NCBI RefSeq assembly: GCF_041956535.1
Contig: NW_027192229.1
Location: forward strand, 26,830 to 90,829
DNA: 64,000 nt
Direction of reading: 5' to 3'
From: Calcarisporiella thermophila CBS 279.70
Taxonomy: Eukaryota; Fungi; Calcarisporiellomycota
The translations under genes were made by a program, and so were the position numbers. Position 1 is the stretch's first letter. Every line of letters starts with the position of its first letter. Under the pieces are notes generated by a model that saw only the letters and a list, made by a program, of their open reading frames with translations, was not told where the DNA came from and did no database searches. Positions 13,460 through 25,654 of the stretch are shown piece after piece.

Positions 13460-13810
13460 TTATTCATTGTAGCAGACTGCCTCTATGTTATTGCCATCGG
13501 GGTCGAAAATGAAGGCGGCATAATAGTTGGGAGCGTACTCGGTGCGAACTCCTGGAGCACCGTTGTCTTTTGCACCCGCCTCCAATCCAGCCTTATAGAA
13601 CTTGTCCACCTCGTCTCGACTTTTGGCAATAAACGCTATGTGACAAAAGGACGGTTTCCCCTCGGAAAGCGTAAACATGCCATTGGGCCCAAAGGAACAA
13701 AAACTCTTGCCTTCCATAGTGACCGTGTGGCCTAAAGGTTTAAGTAAATGGGTGTAGAACTGCCTGCCCTGAACAAGGCTTTTGCAGGTGATTGCGAGGT
13801 GATCAAACAT
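13460..13810 (-). CDS. VOC/glyoxalase-bleomycin resistance family protein (copy 1)
   Basis: MFDH...HIAFIAKSRDEVDKFYKAGLEAGAKDNGAPGVR..YYAAFIFDPDGNNIEAVC; intronless, ATG at 13810. Confidence 0.9.
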   Translation of the reverse strand: MFDHLAITCKSLVQGRQFYTHLLKPLGHTVTMEGKSFCSFGPNGMFTLSEGKPSFCHIAFIAKSRDEVDKFYKAGLEAGAKDNGAPGVRTEYAPNYYAAFIFDPDGNNIEAVCYNE

Positions 13811-13908
13811 ATCAATAAGCGGAGATAGGAAAATTAAAGCGGGGAGAATCAAAGTTAAAGGGGGGTAGTCTTTATATATAAAACTCGAGCATACCCCAGA
13901 AAAGGTCA

Positions 13909-13948
13909 TGACTAAGGTCAATTCGAAGTTGACCGCAATATGAGTCAA
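13909..13948. promoter_or_regulatory. Conserved upstream element of VOC copy 1 (TCGAAGTTGAC-N7-TGAGTCAA plus TGACTAA)
   Basis: Same motif and spacing found upstream of VOC copy 2; contains the AP-1-type core TGAGTCA. Confidence 0.5.
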
Positions 13949-15920
13949 ATCGGCTGCCTGCTTAGAATGAATTCACCTTTTTCGTTGAATTTTTTAATAT
14001 TGCATTCGAATAAACTCAGGCGATTCAAAGCACGGAGAATTTTCTTAATTGCTGGCCTCAAAAATGGTCTTAACCCAATTTCGAGTCCAGAACAGACAGG
14101 GGATGGCGGGCAAATACGAGGTGCTCGAGAGCCATTGGCCTTAATAGAAAAGAGTGTGGCTGGGATTCATTTCCCAGGATAGGCGACCTTTGAAATAATG
14201 GCTCGCGACCTCAAACACGATCACTCCACCAATTATCGAATCGGGGTGAGAATGTTTGTGGAATTTGTCGACCAATACCTCCATGGAGTATGACTTGATT
14301 TTATTTTAGGCTGACTAACTATGAAATCCATGAGAAATTGGCAGTGCATAGAGAACAAGAATGATGTTCTCGAAGTATGGATCAAAATGGTAACGCATAA
14401 TTAAACGAGCTCCATTAGAATTTCTGGCGATGCACTTGCGGTAGATTGGTATTATGTGGTGTGAAAGATTTGCGAGAAAGAGGGGAGCTGATGCTGTATT
14501 TTTAATCCCGATTATTTATAATTCGCGTATTTCAATGATGAAATTTCAGAGATCAATGAAGAAGTCTCAATTTTGAACCAGTAAAAACGAAGGGACATCG
14601 AAGTGCGCTGTGGCTGATGACCATCTCGAAAGCGGAAGCCAAGCATGACTCGATCTAATCCGAGCTCGTAGTTAAATATTCTAGTAAGTATTCCTCTCCT
14701 CTTTAATGAAAATATTTTTTTGTGTACAGCAGGAAATGAATCTCGTAGGTACCACAACCGCTTCAAATTCTTACTTATGACAGGAAGCACTTATTATTCC
14801 AATCTCAAGCTAGCTGGCTACAGCAGCTCTTAGTATGTCTAGCTGTTATTAAGTCAATTCGCAAGGTGCAGTTGCGCCTTGATGATTCACTATTAATTTG
14901 ACTCTATCGGTTAACAGCGCAATATCTTTTCACCGTCCTTCATTCGACATAATTAACCTAGCATTAAGGTGAAAGCAATCGAATTATTCTCAGAGAAGGA
15001 AAAAAAAACAGTCATTATCGACTTTATTACTGGCGAACAGCACTTCAAACTCAAGCTAGTGTTCAGAACTCCTTGACGGACTCATTCATGGCTACTCCCT
15101 TGCCACATAATAATTCAAATGCCGAGCTCGTTGCTAAATTCTCCCCAGCATATTCGATATAGCTAAAATTCATTGGTGTGAGGTGCTAGTCTACTTATCT
15201 TTTATGGTAATATGGATGTTATGCACCGTCTATGTATTCTAGATTATAGGATACAACACGACAAACCCCTCCCAAGGGACACACATATCCTTGTCTCAGA
15301 ACACTTCAGTCATGGCGACAAGCGCCTGCAGTATTTCAAAGTTTATTTTTGACCGCAATTATACGGCGATTAGAAAATGCTTCCCTACCGACCCAACTTC
15401 CTGCTATCAATGCGAACCATCAGGCCAGTAAATCTATTGATTTCAATAATATCTTCTACAACGACCTCGTAGTTTTCGTTGGTAGACTGTCTTACCGTGG
15501 TCTCTTGGTTCCGACAAAAACTCGGTGCTAGTCCTTGAGATCCCTCACTTTTCCTTAATCGCAACTTCTGCTCACATAGTTTATCACAGGTTATTATCCC
15601 TAGCTGCGACAACAGTATCGCTTGCTCTTTTAGACAAAAGATATTTCATTGCGTAATGCCATATTATAAACTCTCTTCACCCTTAAACCAAGGGACATTC
15701 TAAGAGGATGAACCGATCATTCAATGAAATATCATAGAGTAGGAGACTGGAAATAATTATTAGAAATAGATATGGTTTAATTCCTTAAAGAGTTCGAACA
15801 CTAAAGTGTCAGTCAGAATTATGGGAATAATATGTTCACACTCGTATTCACATTTGCACTCATTAATTCTCTTTTACAAATTCTTATTCTAAACCAGTAT
15901 TCATAACTATTGCAAATCGA

Positions 15921-16274
15921 CTATTCGCTTTGGCAGACAGCTTCAACATTATTGCCATCGAGATCAAGAATGAAAGCGGCGTAATATTTTGGACCGTAGT
16001 GGGCTCGGATACCTGGCGCACCATTGTCCTTTCCACCCGCTTCCAATCCAGCTTTGTAGAATTCGTCCACCTCCGCTCGGGTTTTCGCCTTGAATGCTAC
16101 ATGGCACCCGCCAGATGTACCACCTTTGCCAATGTTGAAGAGGTCGTCGGGTCCAAAGGAACAAAAAAATTCATTATCAATTCTGAGCTCATGGCCCAAA
16201 GGCTTAAGAATTTTAATATAAAACTCCTTGCTTTCCTGAAGGTTCTTACAATAAAATCCCATATGGTCTAACAT
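15921..16274 (-). CDS. VOC/glyoxalase-bleomycin resistance family protein (copy 2)
   Basis: MLDH...HVAFKAKTRAEVDEFYKAGLEAGGKDNGAPGIR..YYAAFILDLDGNNVEAVC; tandem paralog of 13460-13810. Confidence 0.9.
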   Translation of the reverse strand: MLDHMGFYCKNLQESKEFYIKILKPLGHELRIDNEFFCSFGPDDLFNIGKGGTSGGCHVAFKAKTRAEVDEFYKAGLEAGGKDNGAPGIRAHYGPKYYAAFILDLDGNNVEAVCQSE

Positions 16275-16423
16275 GGTGTGCAGAGAATGTGAAGAAAGAA
16301 AGATAAAATTCGAGGACACTTCAGGGAAATGCGCGCTATTTATAATGTCTTGAGGGTTATGAGAATGCTCGGTGACGATCCAAGCAAAATGACTCTTTAT
16401 GGGAATATAGGGCAAATAGCCGC

Positions 16424-16452
16424 TCGAAGTTGACGATATGCTGAGTCAACTT
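16424..16452. promoter_or_regulatory. Conserved upstream element of VOC copy 2 (TCGAAGTTGAC-N7-TGAGTCAACTT)
   Basis: Matches the element at 13923-13948; forms the inverted repeat AAGTTGAC-N10-GTCAACTT. Confidence 0.5.
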
Positions 16453-17119
16453 GGATAAAATTGCTGAAATCGGAGGAATGAAATGTGGCCCTAGTTGCCT
16501 TAAAAGTTCGAAATGAGTCTTAATACTTCAGCGCATAGAGGGAACTTGTTCACGCGTGTCTCTGTTATGAGCTTAGATGACTATAGGTTACGTGCCCGGA
16601 ATATTTCCAATAGAGGGTGGCGGTCTTTCCGTCGCACAACTGTGGGTCCATACCCGAGTGAGCTATTCGACTTGGGGGAAAGAACGGCTAGGCCACGGCA
16701 TTTATATATACTTCACTCCACTCCCACGTTAAAGCTACCAAGAGACTTTTGGGCTTGTACTGGATGGACGACGTCATGAGTTTAATTTCGGTGACTAATT
16801 GCGGCCCAGCTGGAGTTTGGTCTGTAAATGCGAGGCAGTATTGGTTTCAAGGATTCGACTATAAACAGCATTGAACACGTTCGTCTAATTTAATGGCCTG
16901 GCCTTATTCTAGGTTGATAGAATCTCGCCATTTCTTTTTGTCTATTCGTAAGGCTTGTCGCATAATGATGGAGGATGGCTTAGGCTAGAAACCTCTACAA
17001 ATGATCAGACTCGGATCTGCTTGCATTCGAATCCCGCCGAGTTTGGTTGATTAATTTTCCAAATATTTCCCGCGTTAATCCAGAAGCATAGGGGAAAGAA
17101 CTACTACTTCAGACACGAC

Positions 17120-18184
17120 ATGATTCCCGCCCTCGCTTCAAACATTATGCGCGAAACCTATTATACTCCTCAGCGAGTCACCCCCTTACAAGACAGCGCA
17201 CTACTCATTCAAGATCCCATCTACGGGCAAGTTCGCATTCAAGATTCCATTCTCGTGGATCTGATTCAATGCCGTAGTATGCAACGTCTGAAGGGGGTAT
17301 TGCAACACGGCATCACTGGTCTTATTGGAATCACACCTCCTGTAACGCGTTTTGAACATAGTGTCGGAGCCATGCTCCTTGTGCGAAGGCTTGGTGCCTC
17401 CCTTGATGAACAAATCGCTGCTCTTCTTCACGATGTTAGCCATACTGCATTGAGTCATGTAATTGATCACGTATTTAAGGGGGAAAGAAGCTTTCACGAA
17501 CAACAGAAGGAAGCGTACCTTACGCGCACAGAGATTCCAGATATCCTTGCCTCCTATAACCTGGACTGGCATAAGTTTGTTGACGAGGAGGACTATCCCC
17601 TCCTTGAACAACCTGCCCCTCGTCTTTGTGCAGATAGGCTCGATTATGGCCTTCGCGATAGTGTCGCCTTTGGCATTCTCAAAATCGAGCAGGCCCAAAA
17701 TATCGTGGAGCAATTGGTAGTTCAACAGGAACGAATTGTGTGCTCTAAAGCCAATATTGCCTTAGAACTCGCCGAAGCATATATGGAGGCTGACAATCTT
17801 GCTTGGTCCAATCTTCACAAAGCTTGCCTCTATGAGCTTTCTGCAAAGATTATTTCGGATTCAATCTCTCGCGGAATACTTCGCATGGAGGATCTCTGGC
17901 TCAAAGATACTGAATTTTGGATGCGCCTTACCAACTGTGACGACAGAGATATTCGCGACCGGGTCCAAAGTGTATCGCCTGATACTCTTTTCATTGAAGA
18001 TGAGAGCAACCCTTCGTTTAAGCTTAGATTAAAAGTTCGGACAATCGATCCGGATATAGCAGATGATCGGCGCCTAGTTCTCCTGTCCGAGCTCAATGAA
18101 AGCTATCTCCATAAACGAACCCAATATATTGAGAGTAAGAATAAGGTCTTTTTTATGCGAATTGTGAATAAAGACTCTAGCTGA
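17120..18184 (+). CDS. HD-domain phosphohydrolase (SAMHD1/dNTPase-related, YdhJ-like)
   Basis: DPIYG, MQRLKGVLQHG, TRFEHSVG, AALLHDVSH, LCADRLDY motifs; intronless. Confidence 0.88.
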   Translation: MIPALASNIMRETYYTPQRVTPLQDSALLIQDPIYGQVRIQDSILVDLIQCRSMQRLKGVLQHGITGLIGITPPVTRFEHSVGAMLLVRRLGASLDEQIAALLHDVSHTALSHVIDHVFKGERSFHEQQKEAYLTRTEIPDILASYNLDWHKFVDEEDYPLLEQPAPRLCADRLDYGLRDSVAFGILKIEQAQNIVEQLVVQQERIVCSKANIALELAEAYMEADNLAWSNLHKACLYELSAKIISDSISRGILRMEDLWLKDTEFWMRLTNCDDRDIRDRVQSVSPDTLFIEDESNPSFKLRLKVRTIDPDIADDRRLVLLSELNESYLHKRTQYIESKNKVFFMRIVNKDSS

Positions 18185-18663
18185 GCTGATGATTCCATAC
18201 CATTTTCAACTCTTAAATATATTATTTGAAACCATTCTATATTATATATACCTCTCCTGTATATATATCAGAATATGGTAATTGGTTTTTTTTTATTGCG
18301 TTTCTTGCTCATAAATTTATCATTCATATAGAGGTTTATGATTTTGTCATATGAGGACATTTTGCCGTAATGAATACTTCTATTTTGGATTTATTATCGT
18401 TAGCATGCTCAGAGTGGATAGACTGTGCTGTTTATAAATGGCATATTACATTATTTATAGACGATGAAGTCATTTCTAATATAAGACTATAGAGATAAGT
18501 CAAAATAATAGGAAGGGCCACTAAAGACTTATACTGGTGTTTCAGTTAACTCCTAAGGATGAGCTGTAGTGATGGTAAGTTATTCGACTACATCCTCTTC
18601 GATATCCTCTAATAGATATATATTGGTGGACATAGCTTGAGTAGGATATCCAAATGGAAAATA

Positions 18664-19734
18664 CTACTCACCTCGATACTCGGCCCAGGTGACCATCTTT
18701 GATCTGACAAAGTCTCCATATATTACTCTTTCGTATTTCGGATGGTCGTCCCCGACAAGAATATGGAGCGGCTCGATAACAGCGTCAATATTAGGTTCAA
18801 AGAAGAACGGAATGCTAATTCTATCTCCTTGCACCATTTGAACTCGATGCATGGTAGCTACAAAGCGTCCATTAATCCAACGACTCATCAGGTCACCAAG
18901 ATTCACTACAAAAGACTCAGGCACATAGGGGGCAGGAATCCACTGGCCAAGGGAATTGAGAACCTCTAGTCCGCCTGTTTCATCCTGCACCAGCAAAGTG
19001 ATGATTCCAGAGTCGGTGTGAGGAGTACAGGAGAACATAGCCTTATCCGACGTGACGGTGCCATTTTCTAACCTACGCTTTGGATAGTGCAGAAACCGTA
19101 GCGTAGAAACATTACCCTCAAAAAAGGGCCTGAAATAGTCTTCAGGTAAGCCGAGAGAAATGGCCACTAGCCGCATAATATTTTCCCCTAGTGCAATGCA
19201 TTCATGGTAATAAAGCTCTACTTCTCTGCGAAAATTGGGTAGGTCTGATTCAGGGGGCCATACATTATCTTCGAGTAAATCAAATTTTTCCACTTTTCCT
19301 AATGCCATCCTGTTGCTTTTTGCAACTGGACTCTTGGGTGGCCCTACTTCGAAGCCTATTGTGAGAGAATTTCTGTTATTGGAAGCTTCGTCCCCCTTTC
19401 ATAGTAGTGGTATTCGACGCTTACCTTCTTTATAGGAAGAGTCATCTTTCTGGGAGGGAAAGAAACCTCGATAAGTATTAGGGTTGGCGGGTTCAAATAA
19501 TCGCTTAGCCAGTTTTCGTTTGGCTGGACCGGGCAGGGAAAAGAAATTCCTTGCCTTGTCAAACAGCTGTCGATGCGAGACAGAGACCCCATGGTTGATC
19601 AGATAAGCAAAGCCAACGGTCTCGAACACCTCTCGCAAGGCTAAGGCGAGTCGATAAACTTCTTCTTTGGACGTATTAGATTCGTAAAGTGGGGCCAAGT
19701 CAATAATAGGTAGTTCGTTAAACTGTGTTGTCAT
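18664..19734 (-). CDS. 2-oxoglutarate/Fe(II) oxygenase (IPNS-like)
   Basis: LPIIDL, GFAYLINHG, YRGF, LRFLHYP, HTDSG (HxD), VNLGD, ATMHRV, RISIPFF (RxS); one intron 19356-19424. Confidence 0.92.
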
Positions 19735-20738
19735 CCCCGTGTGGTTGTGATGATGCTAAAAAGTAGCCTATTTTTATACTTTTATATCATATTCAGCTGT
19801 ACACATCTTATGACAAATTTCAATTTCTGTGGTGCGTGATCAGTTTAATTACTTCATTTTGGTATGGTGTTTGAATAAAATTCGTAGCTTAGACAGTAGT
19901 GCGAAGATAGATAAAATGAAAAGTTACGAGGCACGTAAACGATTTTAAGACGTATTATCTACACAGGTTAATAATTTGCGACTCTTTAATTTTTTGTTCT
20001 CATTCCATATGGCCTGCCTCACTATGCCCGTAGTTATGCAACAGCAAGTCAGTTTATAGAGGGTACAGTTACAAGTAGGACTATTGACCCATATAAATAA
20101 GCTTGTTGTAATACAGCGAGTTCGGGAGAAATGTGACCCCCTAGTCAAGTTCAAAATTGAGCATATTTCACAAAAACATTTTAATTTGGACAGCACCACA
20201 GCTTTAATTTGAAAAAGGTTGTTTTTCGAGTCAGAAACAGAAATAATACCAGACCATGCATCCGATTAAAGCAGAAATGCGCACATGAGCAGGCTTAACT
20301 CAAACCATTCATTGTGTGATCGGCCTTTTTATTGCTACGTGCTACGATCACACTTTAATGGTTCGCTTTTTATACTCGCGCAAGATTGTCTAAGCTTGTG
20401 TGAAATTTGTTGCCTCTTCGGCTAATTGCATTTCTATCGTGATAGTATCAAACTTTCCCTCTGGTCAAGTCTTCAATTCAAGGGATTAGGCTGCTAATCC
20501 AATCATGATGATATATGCAAGCCCAGGATAGGTGGCCGTTGCTTTAACCTGTCATAGAATGCTACCACCTTAAGCCAAATAGAATTTGGGTGATAATGAT
20601 AGCATAAAAGAAATTTATTGATCAAAGCTAGAATCGCTTAGGTCGTTTCCATATCAAAAAACGTCTCGACATAAGGTGATTGATTTATCGAAAAAGATAA
20701 ATTGATAGCAATATCGTGTTCGGAATTCACTCGAGACA

Positions 20739-21662
20739 TTATGCTTCTTTCAGGTTTGCTTGAATCACATGGTGAAGTTCTTCTCCTAATTTCAGGGATG
20801 ATGCTGGATTCTGACCAGTCACTAGTCGACCATCCACTACTACGCATTCGCCCCATGGCTTAGAGGCCTTCTCATATCTGCCTCCATTTTCTTTGATCTT
20901 AGATTCAAGCAAAAATGGCATTTGACTTGATAATTCTAAGTGAGTATACAAGAAATACATTTGTTTTAGACCTTCATCGTGTCGAGATAAGAGATAGCAA
21001 GTCATTCTTACTTACCAACCAAATTTTCTTCTTCATTGGAGAAGCAGGTAATCCGTTTATCTTTAATCAAATATTCTCCATTGGACAATTTGCATCTGAC
21101 AATGCCAGCAGGTCCTAGTAATTAAGATAAGTTATTCAAATCATGTTTGGGGGAGGCGGAAAAAGAATGTCGTGAAATTACCATGACACACCGCGGATAT
21201 TATTCCGCCCTTTTCATACACCGTGCGTACGATGAAGTGGCTATGTTCATTATCCGCCAAGTCAAACATAGGGCCTAGGTGATATAGGCTGAATAAAGCT
21301 AAAACAAAAAAAAATCTTAATCTCAACAAGAGAAATTTACCATGACCACCAGGAAAGAAAACCCCCGCGTATTCGTGGGCTCGATTAACTATATTTTCCA
21401 GCTTTTCTGTTTGTTCCAATTCCATTTGAATCTGCCCATTGTCCATGAATTTTTTACACACTTCGTCATTTGCAAAATCTTTGACGCTACCAGGGTCTAC
21501 AGGACATCGTCCACCCTGCGGAGATGCGAATTCAATGGTGTAATGCTTCGAGAGCACGTGGTAGGGGTGGGCCAATTCAGGGAGATAGTATCCGGTGTTT
21601 TTGCCACTCGGGAGGCTGGCATGTGAGGTGATGATAAAAAGGATTTTCAGATGCATGGACAT
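20739..21662 (-). CDS. HSP31: DJ-1/PfpI family protein, Hsp31-like glyoxalase III, 4 exons
   Basis: TGYYLPELAHPY, FFPGGHGPMFDL, catalytic AVCHGP, ITCFSNEEE, VVDGRLVTGQNPAS. Confidence 0.88.
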
Positions 21663-22580
21663 GTTGTTGAAATAATGTTTTTAATGCAACTAGCAATAAT
21701 AGAAAATTGCAACGAATTCCACAGGGAATAGAAAGAGGCGAGTAATGAACCGAGGCATGAAATTTCAATTTTTATAAGCATGGCGTCTATATTCCAAAAT
21801 TGGGCGTTTTTTAATTCTTGAGTTAGCTCTCCTTTGCTATCCCATACAGATAATGCAGAATGGGCAAGCATATCGTATGGCCATGCTGGAGCCGCATGGA
21901 TGCGCTCCGCATCAATATTGCCCGTGGTCGATAGTGAAAGGGGTGTAAGCAGAGGCATCTCGCTAGAACAATATGAAAATCAACAGGGGTTGTGTGCCAG
22001 GTATAGTTGAACGGTAGTTGAGTAGGCGAGATTGGAGAATTTAGTTAAATAGCACTATAGTAGTCTTGAACTATACCAAGTTCCAAGGCAAATTTTGACA
22101 ACAATCCTGTTTCGACACAGTCCGACTCAATATAAACTCGGGAAACGCCACCCATGTTGTAGTGAGTTCATTTGGCAGATTATGTCCATCATCCAGGATT
22201 GATATGTGGATCATTCAATCTATTTTGCCTAGACGAGCTTCTACTATATAGCTTTGAAAAATTTCTAGAGGAAATGGGATTATAACTTTAATAAAGAGGC
22301 ATGTGTATTGGGCAGAAGCTATGGTTAAGAGCATCCACACGAAATATCGGCTGAGCAAGAACATGCTGACACACTTTTCATATTCCCTATCTAACGAATA
22401 TACTTTTCATATGTGCATATATAAATAGTAATTCTCTTCTAACTCTATTGAATCCCAAGTGCCTCGGATCTCGAACGATTTTGCCGTGGCTCATCAACCT
22501 TTTTGGGACCAAGCCGCACCAATATTCAGTCCGGAAAACTAGTCTAATATTATGTAAACAACTAAGTAAAACCTGCAATC

Positions 22581-23998
22581 ATGGATAAAATAATGAGCAG
22601 TAGTAAATTTATAATTCTTTTCCTAGTGACTCTACTCCTACTTTTATATTATGTATACTACACTAACTACACACTCGAGCAAAACATTCCTATTATTTCC
22701 TCGAATGCCTTAGATCCGCTACCTCCCTTGGATCCATGGAGTGCATGGCCTCCCCTACTTTCGCACTCAATCTGCCGCCCTAAAATCTATGTCTACCCTG
22801 TTCCTGAGAATTTGCGAATTCCGAAATCCGATTACTTTGGCATTTGTTATGAAAGCAATTACAAGAGTGAAATAATTCTTTGGGAGCAACTTTTAAGTGG
22901 TCGAATTCATGATCACTATGTGACTCAGAATCCAGAAGAAGCGGACTACTATTATATTCCTTTTTTGGGTTCATGTTGGCTATTCTCTCAGTGCTGGCAA
23001 CACCATCATTTTAACTTTAGTGAGCGCTGCAATGTAGACGAGCGATATGTTCTACCCATGATGCAATATGTTATCGAAGCGTACCCATACTGGAATCGCT
23101 CTGGTGGCACCGATCATATTATGGTCCACCCGATGGACCATAGTTATACTTACTATGAGAGCAACTCTGTTTTCCAACCTGCTATTTTTCTTACTACCAT
23201 TGGGGATAAACGGCAAAATAACTTTTACAAAATTCGCTATTCAAAAGATATTGTAATTCCTTCAGCCACAAGCTTGATCCATTATGCCGGATATAACCCA
23301 CGAGACTATTTGGACGAAGAGGGATATCCCGTGAATCTGTTCGGCAATAGAGTGCAACGGAATATCTTCGCCATTTTCCGCGGTAATGTAGTTTCTTCCG
23401 AGCACTTTCATCCAGCGGCTCTCTAATGTCTTTTAGATTATAATAGGAGGGGGCTCCGATATCAAACCAGATGATGCATATAGCCAAGGTATACGCTACT
23501 TACTATTCCATGGTTTTAAGGATTATCCAGGCTGGAATATTGGTAATTCGGAATGGGATATGTTTTATGCTCGTCAACTCTCGCGTTCACGTTTTGGGAT
23601 TACACCCGCGGGCTGGACTCTAGATACAACTCGGCTTTGGTAAAGAACTATCTAGATGGCTAACTCTCAACAATTCTGATTTGTCCATGACAATTCATTC
23701 TACATATAGGGAATATCTAGCCTTCGGAGTAGTACCTGTTATAATTGCGGATGGGATTATCCAGCCATTTGAAAACGACGTAGACTGGCATGGTTTCTCT
23801 GTGTACGTTAGAAGAGAAGATGCACATCAGCTCGATAAAATCCTAAGATCTATTACAGAAGAAGAGTATGAGCGCAAACGCAAGCGAGTGTGGGAGGAGG
23901 GCGCTCGTGTTGGCTTGGAGCGGGACGCTTGGCATTTTATTGCGCGACAATTGTGCAGACTCAAACGCATAACTAGAAACGAGACTTTAACACTCTAA
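22581..23998 (+). CDS. Exostosin-like glycosyltransferase (GT47), type II membrane protein, 3 exons
   Basis: N-terminal TM anchor, PKIYVY, TQNPEEADYYYIP, PYWNRSGGTDH, KDIVIP, spliced SRFGITPAGWTLDTTRLWEYLAFGVVPVIIAD. Confidence 0.88.
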
Positions 23999-24799
23999 TT
24001 GCTTCAGATACGCTCCTTTATTTAAATGAGTCTGAAAGATTACCTGTGCTGTTTAGAACTTGTCACTATATTAAGTAGTCGTTCTTTTATGATACCCTCA
24101 CTCTCACTTGTTTATTATTGTTTTTCTGCACTATTTGTTAGATGCCCTGTGTACTGTATATAGGAGGAGCAGGAAAAGTGTCGCTCCAAAATAAAATATC
24201 ATTTATTGTATCTGATATACAGATACTATACCTAATATGTAGACCTTTTTATAAAAATAAAACTCTAGTAGTGTGTCTGCTTTCATATCGGACCACCTCC
24301 AAGGGTAAGTCCTTAGCTCGCTCTTGAACACCTGCAGTTCATTTAAACTGTATCGAACCTCAAACTTTGCTTTATCTCAACTTGACCTTCGGAGGTTACT
24401 AGAAACCTTAAGACATATCCAAGGTATATAGTGATATAGCATTAAATATTGTTGATATTAAGAAAAAGAAATATCTTGTTCGATATTTTTTTTCACATAT
24501 ATGCGAATAAAGTGCAGTATTGTGTCCGGAAGATATTAATTTAAACATTAGTGAGAGGCCTTATCTTTGGCTATAACAAGCGAATTTGTAAGGACAGGCA
24601 GTCAATCAGCCAATTTGAAGTTTCCTATAGAATTTTCCTTTGACAAATTACCCAATCTCCCCCGCGAAATTATTTTTCAAATGAGCGAGTCTCATGCTAG
24701 GTTGAATTGAGGTCAAAATCATTTAAATACCGGTTTATTCCTCTTTTATTTTCTTCCGATTTTAGAGATTTGCACCCTATCTCACTTGTCACTTGCATT

Positions 24800-25654
24800 A
24801 TGGAATTCGAAGATACCGTCGAACTCACTCTGCCCCGGCATTTAGAGCCGTGGTCGAAATCACCTCCTTCCCTAACTCCTTCTAACGAAGAATCTTTCAA
24901 TAAATCATACACACAACTTTCACAAACTAATACTCAAGCTGGTCCTTCTAAGGCGGTCGCGATGGGGCTGTCCGCGTTCGCAGTTACGACTTGGGTAAAT
25001 TCGATCTACACTATTAGAGGCGCTATTGCAGGCGGACGCAGTGCTCCAAATATGATTGTAGGTTTGGCACTATTTCATGGTGGAGCTGTTCAGGTGAGTA
25101 GTCAAAGATACTTAAGGCCAATTGAGACTAGCATAATATGATGGTTTCCAAGAAAAACTTTTGCCTTACATCGATCTGACCCAACCACTTTTTGACATAA
25201 CTTAAAGCTTATCTCAGGCATCTGGTCCCTGCACCAAGGAACCTCCTTTGATGCCGTTGCGTTCACATCTTTCGGCGCTTTTTGGTTGTCCAATGGAATT
25301 ACCCTACTTCCTTTTGCTGGTGTCCTCCAGGCTTACTCAACCCTCCCACCCATTGAACTTAGACTTGCACAGGGATTCTATCTTACGGGATGGCTCGTTT
25401 TTACTTCACTGTTGTGGATTGCTGCTCTAAAGAAAACGAAGTCATTGCTCTTTCTGCTGACGCTAGTAATAGCAACCTTGGCGGTGTTGGCAGTAGGTGA
25501 ATTCCTGGGTAATGACAGATGTCGGTTTGCAGGAGGTGTGTGTGGACTTTTATCAGCTTGTCTTGCATTTTATATGGCTTTAACTGCTATGCTTGAAGCT
25601 GATGGTGTTCATTTTCAATTTTCCAAGTTTACCAAGTTCACCAAGAGAACTTAA
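24800..25654 (+). CDS. GPR1/FUN34/YaaH (AceTr) acetate/ammonium transporter, 2 exons
   Basis: GLSAFAVTT, GLALFHGGAVQ|LISGIW, FTSFGAFWLS, GFYLTGW, AGGVCGLLSACLAFY. Confidence 0.85.

Noticed and set aside
13460-16274. VOC proteins as ArsI C-As lyases
   Set aside because: They lack the vicinal Cys-Cys pair of ArsI and match the generic DNGAPG/YYAAF VOC subfamily.
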